A stretch of 64,000 nt of DNA from Elusimicrobiota bacterium. Its GTDB lineage: Bacteria > Elusimicrobiota > Elusimicrobia > Elusimicrobiales > UBA9959. The notes below the pieces were generated by a model. It made no database searches and was not told where the DNA came from. It worked only from the letters and a program-made list of their open reading frames with translations. The position numbers and the translations under genes were made by a program. The DNA lies in the NCBI GenBank assembly GCA_003482905.1, contig DMXM01000028.1, positions 49,703 through 113,702 on the forward strand, in the 5' to 3' direction. Position 1 is the stretch's first letter. Each line of letters begins with the position of its first letter. Shown one piece after another: positions 60,617-64,000 of this stretch.

Positions 60617-60712
60617 AATCCCTCTTTAAATAGCCGCATAATACCGTCTTTGACCATCCGCAGCCGATTCAACCAGGTTAAAACAGGCAATGTATCCCCA
60701 GTTCCTGACACC

Positions 60713-61300
60713 TTAATAAAATCCGAGCAGCGAATATATCTTGCCGGAAACAACGGCGCCCGAAACGCCAAAGCCGAACGGAAGAGATATCTTAAGCAGA
60801 CCGGAAACAAAGCGCTTTTTGGAAATCCATCTCATAAAAGGCCCAAAAAGCGCCAGGGCCAATCCCATGGAGATCAAAAACGCCCCGGTGCGGATCCTCT
60901 CCAGCACAAAACTGAACCCGTCGGTTATTGAAATAGCCTGCCCGAAGTACAAACCCAAAGTAAGCAGCAGCCAGCAGAAAATATCCCGCTTCAAGTCAGT
61001 TCTTTTCTTAAAATTCAGCATCTGCAGGAAAAACAGATCATCCCGCGTGGCCCTGGGCGCCGGCGCGGGCGACGCCGCGGGGACGGACATAGGCCTTACC
61101 CCGTTGCCGGTGTCGGGCGAAGGCCCCGGCGTGAACACAGCCGCTGCCGCCGGCTCGGGCGCTGGCGGCGGCGGGGTCTCATAGACATAGAACCCCAGGT
61201 CTAAAATATAATCAGCCGTTTTTTTAGTCAGATCGGAATAATTCATTTTACCAGCCATCTTAACCCTGTCAGCGTAATGCGCAGCCTCCCGCCATATCAC
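60713..61300 (-). CDS. hypothetical membrane protein (start uncertain)
   Basis: GTG start at 61300 per the ORF track; internal ATGs (MAGKMNYSDL) are possible. Pro/Ala-rich linker followed by 3-4 C-terminal TMs. Confidence 0.45.
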   Translation of the reverse strand: MIWREAAHYADRVKMAGKMNYSDLTKKTADYILDLGFYVYETPPPPAPEPAAAAVFTPGPSPDTGNGVRPMSVPAASPAPAPRATRDDLFFLQMLNFKKRTDLKRDIFCWLLLTLGLYFGQAISITDGFSFVLERIRTGAFLISMGLALALFGPFMRWISKKRFVSGLLKISLPFGFGVSGAVVSGKIYSLLGFY

Positions 61301-61463
61301 GAATATTTTACAAAACCGTTGGCCCCTTGGGCGGCCTCAATTATTATTTCCGGGGGCAGTATATTTAATTAGGCGATTTCCATTAAACCAATTGAAATAG
61401 GTGACGTGCCCCAATGATCAACGCAGAGCGATCTTAACAAATTGGGGTTTATCGGGCGTTGGC

Positions 61464-61982
61464 CTATTTCTCAGGCTTAAAGCCCGTGACCTTTCTGGGG
61501 CCGGGATCAAAATCCGGCGGCTGGGCCATTAGCATCTTTATGGCGTCGAATACGCTTTTAAACTGCGCGTCGTATTTCTTTTCCAACCCCTCTAACTTAT
61601 GGGCCAACTCTTTATGGGTGTTAAGCAGCTGCCGCAGTTTAACAAAGGCCCTCATTACCTGTATATTCACCTGTATAGCGCGACTGCTCTTTAGGACTGA
61701 GGACAGCATTAATATCCCATGCTCCGTAAAAGCGTGCGGCATCTTCCTGGTCCCGCCCCAACTTGATGTTCCAGATTGGAACATCAAGTTTTCGAACTCT
61801 TTTTTATTCAATTGGAACATAAAGTCTTCCGGGAAACGCTCCGGATTACGTGAAACCGCCTTGTTTAAATCCCGTGTCCCTACGCCATAAAGGACAGCCA
61901 GCTCCCTGTCCAGCATAACCCTATGGCCTCGGATAAACAGAATCTTCTGCTCAATCATATCTACCGGAATCAATGATTTCAT
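61464..61982 (-). CDS. ORF6N-domain protein (KilA-N-related DNA-binding, antirepressor-like), paralog 1
   Basis: [45 protein letters not shown]...[32 protein letters not shown] is the ORF6N signature, recalled from memory. Confidence 0.7.
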   Translation of the reverse strand: MKSLIPVDMIEQKILFIRGHRVMLDRELAVLYGVGTRDLNKAVSRNPERFPEDFMFQLNKKEFENLMFQSGTSSWGGTRKMPHAFTEHGILMLSSVLKSSRAIQVNIQVMRAFVKLRQLLNTHKELAHKLEGLEKKYDAQFKSVFDAIKMLMAQPPDFDPGPRKVTGFKPEK

Positions 61983-62006
61983 AATCCCCCCTTTTTTTTT
62001 GCATTA

Positions 62007-62041
62007 ATAGCATAGCAGAGCAACCCGACAGTGTAGTGTCG
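62007..62041 (-). promoter_or_regulatory. conserved promoter/operator block (family C) upstream of ORF6N paralog 1
   Basis: Minus strand: CGACACTACACTGTCGGGTTGCTCTGCTATGCTAT. The palindrome arms CGACA/TGTCG are conserved relative to 45576-45610, while the spacer differs. Confidence 0.6.
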
Positions 62042-62153
62042 TATTGCTTTGTCTATATTTTGTGTGATTTACAGGTGTACAGGCTTAGACTACAAAAGGT
62101 CCCTGCTGCCTTTTCCCCGGAGAGCAATAATTATAAGTTGGGGAACAGCGCCC

Positions 62154-62732
62154 CTATCCATGCAGCTTGGAGAGCAGCCAGGCCATGTTCTCGCCCAGCA
62201 CCTTCATGGTCCGCATACCCTCCTCGTCACCCGCCACCTCGCCGATGTTGCGGCCGACGCCGAAATTCCAGTAGCTGGCGCCCGGTATCACCATTTGGTT
62301 TATAGTGAAGAAATGGTTTATGCTGTCGAAAACGTGCACCGCGCCGCCGCGCCTGGCGGCCGCCACAGCCGCGCCCGCCTTCCGCCGGTACAGGCCGCCG
62401 TTGGCCAGGCCCACATAGCCGGCGCGGTCTATCAGCGCCTTCGCCTCCGCGGTCATATCCGCAAAATAGGTGGGGCTGCCTATCAGTATGCCGTCCGCCT
62501 CGCACATCTTCTGCACATAATCGTTCAGGCCGTCGTCCGGCAGCACGCATTTGCGGTCCTTGTTCTTGGCGCAGCCCATGCAGGCGGTGCAACCCCGCAG
62601 CGGCTTGCCAGCCAGCTGCACCAGCTCCGTCCCCATGCCGGCCGCCTCTATCTCGGCCAGAACGGCCCCGAGCAGTATCGCCGTATTCCCGTCCTTGCGC
62701 GGGCTGCAGTTAAAAGCAATAACTTTGGGCAT
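62154..62732 (-). CDS. flavodoxin-fold NAD(P)H-dependent FMN reductase / iron-sulfur flavoprotein-like
   Basis: MPKVIAFNCSPRKDGNT, Cys motif CTACMGC, GILIGSPTYF. SD AGGAGG. Confidence 0.75.
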   Translation of the reverse strand: MPKVIAFNCSPRKDGNTAILLGAVLAEIEAAGMGTELVQLAGKPLRGCTACMGCAKNKDRKCVLPDDGLNDYVQKMCEADGILIGSPTYFADMTAEAKALIDRAGYVGLANGGLYRRKAGAAVAAARRGGAVHVFDSINHFFTINQMVIPGASYWNFGVGRNIGEVAGDEEGMRTMKVLGENMAWLLSKLHG

Positions 62733-62756
62733 ATTTCCTCCTGTCTTCCACCCACA

Positions 62757-62792
62757 ATTCTACAAAACAAAACCGCCGGGCTCTCCCGGCGG
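62757..62792 (-). promoter_or_regulatory. terminator/promoter cassette copy 5
   Basis: CCGCCGGGAGAGCCCGGCGG-TTTTGTTTTGTAGAAT, 24 nt upstream of ATG 62732. Confidence 0.65.
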
Positions 62793-62813
62793 TCAACTGC
62801 CTGCCAGTATTTT

Positions 62814-63392
62814 TTAGATAGATCCCCGCTCTTCCTGTTCGGTCCGGTCCGTTATTAACTGCATTTCCTCAACGTAATCGTAGCCAGGCAGGCCGGCCAT
62901 GGACGCCATCCTGGGGATCTCCGGGGCGTTGGAGACCAGCCGGATAAGGTAGAACACGCCGCCGCCGGTCGCCGGCATAAGGCAGGAGAAGAGCACCTCT
63001 TTTCCGGAGGCCTGCAGCCTGTATACGGCGGCTTCCATAGCCCTTGTGCCGTTCTTTTCAGAGGGGAAAACATTGCTTACCAGCACGTCCCTGTCTTCCA
63101 TCATTTCCTGTTTATAATCGGCCCAGTCATTGGCCACTATTATCGCCCGGGGCCGGGTCCGCTCTTCCACGGCGGCCGCAGCGGGGGCGGCCGCCACCAG
63201 GGCGGTTTCGACCGCGGGGGGAGGCGCAACTTCGGCGGGAGCTGTATTCACCAACTGGCCGGGGGCGGTGGTATTTGCGACGGCGTCCCTGAAATCGGCA
63301 AGGGCCACCGGCTTTTTATTATTTTCCAATATCACAAGAGCAAGCATCACGTTCAGCGACATCGAAAGTACAAGAGCAATTTTATTCGTCAT
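62814..63392 (-). CDS. hypothetical membrane-anchored protein
   Basis: Start set to MTNKIALVLSMSLNVMLALVIL (TM). Ala/Pro linker and a globular C-terminus. No family recognised. Confidence 0.5.
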   Translation of the reverse strand: MTNKIALVLSMSLNVMLALVILENNKKPVALADFRDAVANTTAPGQLVNTAPAEVAPPPAVETALVAAAPAAAAVEERTRPRAIIVANDWADYKQEMMEDRDVLVSNVFPSEKNGTRAMEAAVYRLQASGKEVLFSCLMPATGGGVFYLIRLVSNAPEIPRMASMAGLPGYDYVEEMQLITDRTEQEERGSI

Positions 63393-63485
63393 TTCTCTCC
63401 TCGTCCCAAAAAACATTCCCGGACGCTAAAGTATATTATTTAAAGTTTTAACCCCCGCAGCAAGCCCTTTGTTCCCTTTTTCCGC

Positions 63486-64000
63486 TTACGGCTTGAACCC
63501 AGGGACCGTTTTGGGGCCGGGGCCGGTATCGGGGGGCACAGACATCAGCGCTCTTATGGCGTCAAAGACGCTTTTAAACTGGGCGTCGTATTTCTTTTCC
63601 AGCGTCTCCAGCTTACGGGCCATGTCCTTATGCGTGCTGAGCAGTTCCCGCAGCTTAACAAAGGCCCGCATTATCTGAACATTAACCTGCCTGGCACGTT
63701 TACTTTTAAGAACACTCGAAAGCATGGCCACACCCTGCTCCGTGAACGCGTACGGCAATTGCGGGGAATACTTAATTGCCTTGAGGTGGTCACAATTTGT
63801 GACCACCTCGGTTTTCTCTGTTAAATTCAGAGTGAACATAAAGTCTTCAGGGAAACTTTCCAAATTACGCTTAACAGCTTGATTAAGCGCCTTCGTGCTA
63901 ACCTCGTATAACTCCGCCAGATCACGATCGAGCATCACCCTGTGTCCGCGTATCATTAATATTTTATTCTCGATAATTTCTAAAGGAATCAACCCTTTCA
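63486..64000 (-). CDS. ORF6N-domain protein, paralog 2 (5' end cut by window edge)
   Basis: [45 protein letters not shown]... The C-terminus [18 protein letters not shown] is near-identical to paralog 1. The frame reads ..TG-AAA-GGG-TTG-ATT, so the ATG probably starts at position 64001. Confidence 0.7.
   Translation of the reverse strand, partial: KGLIPLEIIENKILMIRGHRVMLDRDLAELYEVSTKALNQAVKRNLESFPEDFMFTLNLTEKTEVVTNCDHLKAIKYSPQLPYAFTEQGVAMLSSVLKSKRARQVNVQIMRAFVKLRELLSTHKDMARKLETLEKKYDAQFKSVFDAIRALMSVPPDTGPGPKTVPGFKP

Noticed and set aside
61464-64000. Prophage call based on the ORF6N genes (plus the extra SSB at 45065-45535)
   Set aside because: No capsid, tail, terminase, integrase or lysis genes are present in the window. 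The evidence supports only scattered mobile-element-derived genes.

Overview
GC-rich bacterial chromosomal segment. No GC value was computed and the phylum cannot be assigned from sequence alone; pilin-fold lipoproteins, Q-G-N repeat surface proteins and frequent leaderless starts suggest an uncultivated Gram-negative lineage, which is a guess. I support about 66 protein-coding genes (two cut by the window edges), one transposase pseudogene and one tRNA, most of them on the minus strand. There are no rRNA genes, CRISPR arrays, intact mobile elements or prophage. Many long ORFs in the track are antisense shadows of real genes and were discarded. Housekeeping content: tsaD; a Ctp / EnvC-like / FtsX block; a TetR-TolC-MFP-RND efflux locus; an amino-acid permease; glgA-galT; scpAB; trpS; an M50 protease; a nucleotide-sugar dehydrogenase; tRNA-Arg; pilT; an RluA-family gene; LysR-pruA; ssb; pgm; a SulP transporter; rlmN; rsgA. 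Accessory or unusual content: (1) a purine-riboswitch-like three-way junction plus terminator in a 5' leader (12020-12118); (2) a CsgG-family lipoprotein next to a secreted G-x-Q-x-G-x-x-N tandem-repeat protein, a curli-like candidate (58540-59852); (3) a zinc-PLC-like secreted enzyme in an operon with a TPR-lipoprotein::secretin fusion (51687-54666); (4) a second SSB paralog lacking the acidic tip, which shares a conserved promoter/operator block with a duplicated ORF6N gene (45576-45610 and 62007-62041); (5) an in-frame TetR::TolC fusion ORF; (6) a tRNA-Arg with anticodon GCG; (7) several short intergenic repeat families, a conserved terminator/promoter cassette, and many -10 boxes 4-9 nt from start codons, implying leaderless mRNAs; (8) a decayed accessory patch with an XRE gene and a chimeric transposase remnant (48.4-49.8 kb). 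All functional calls come from motif reading by eye. No database search was run.
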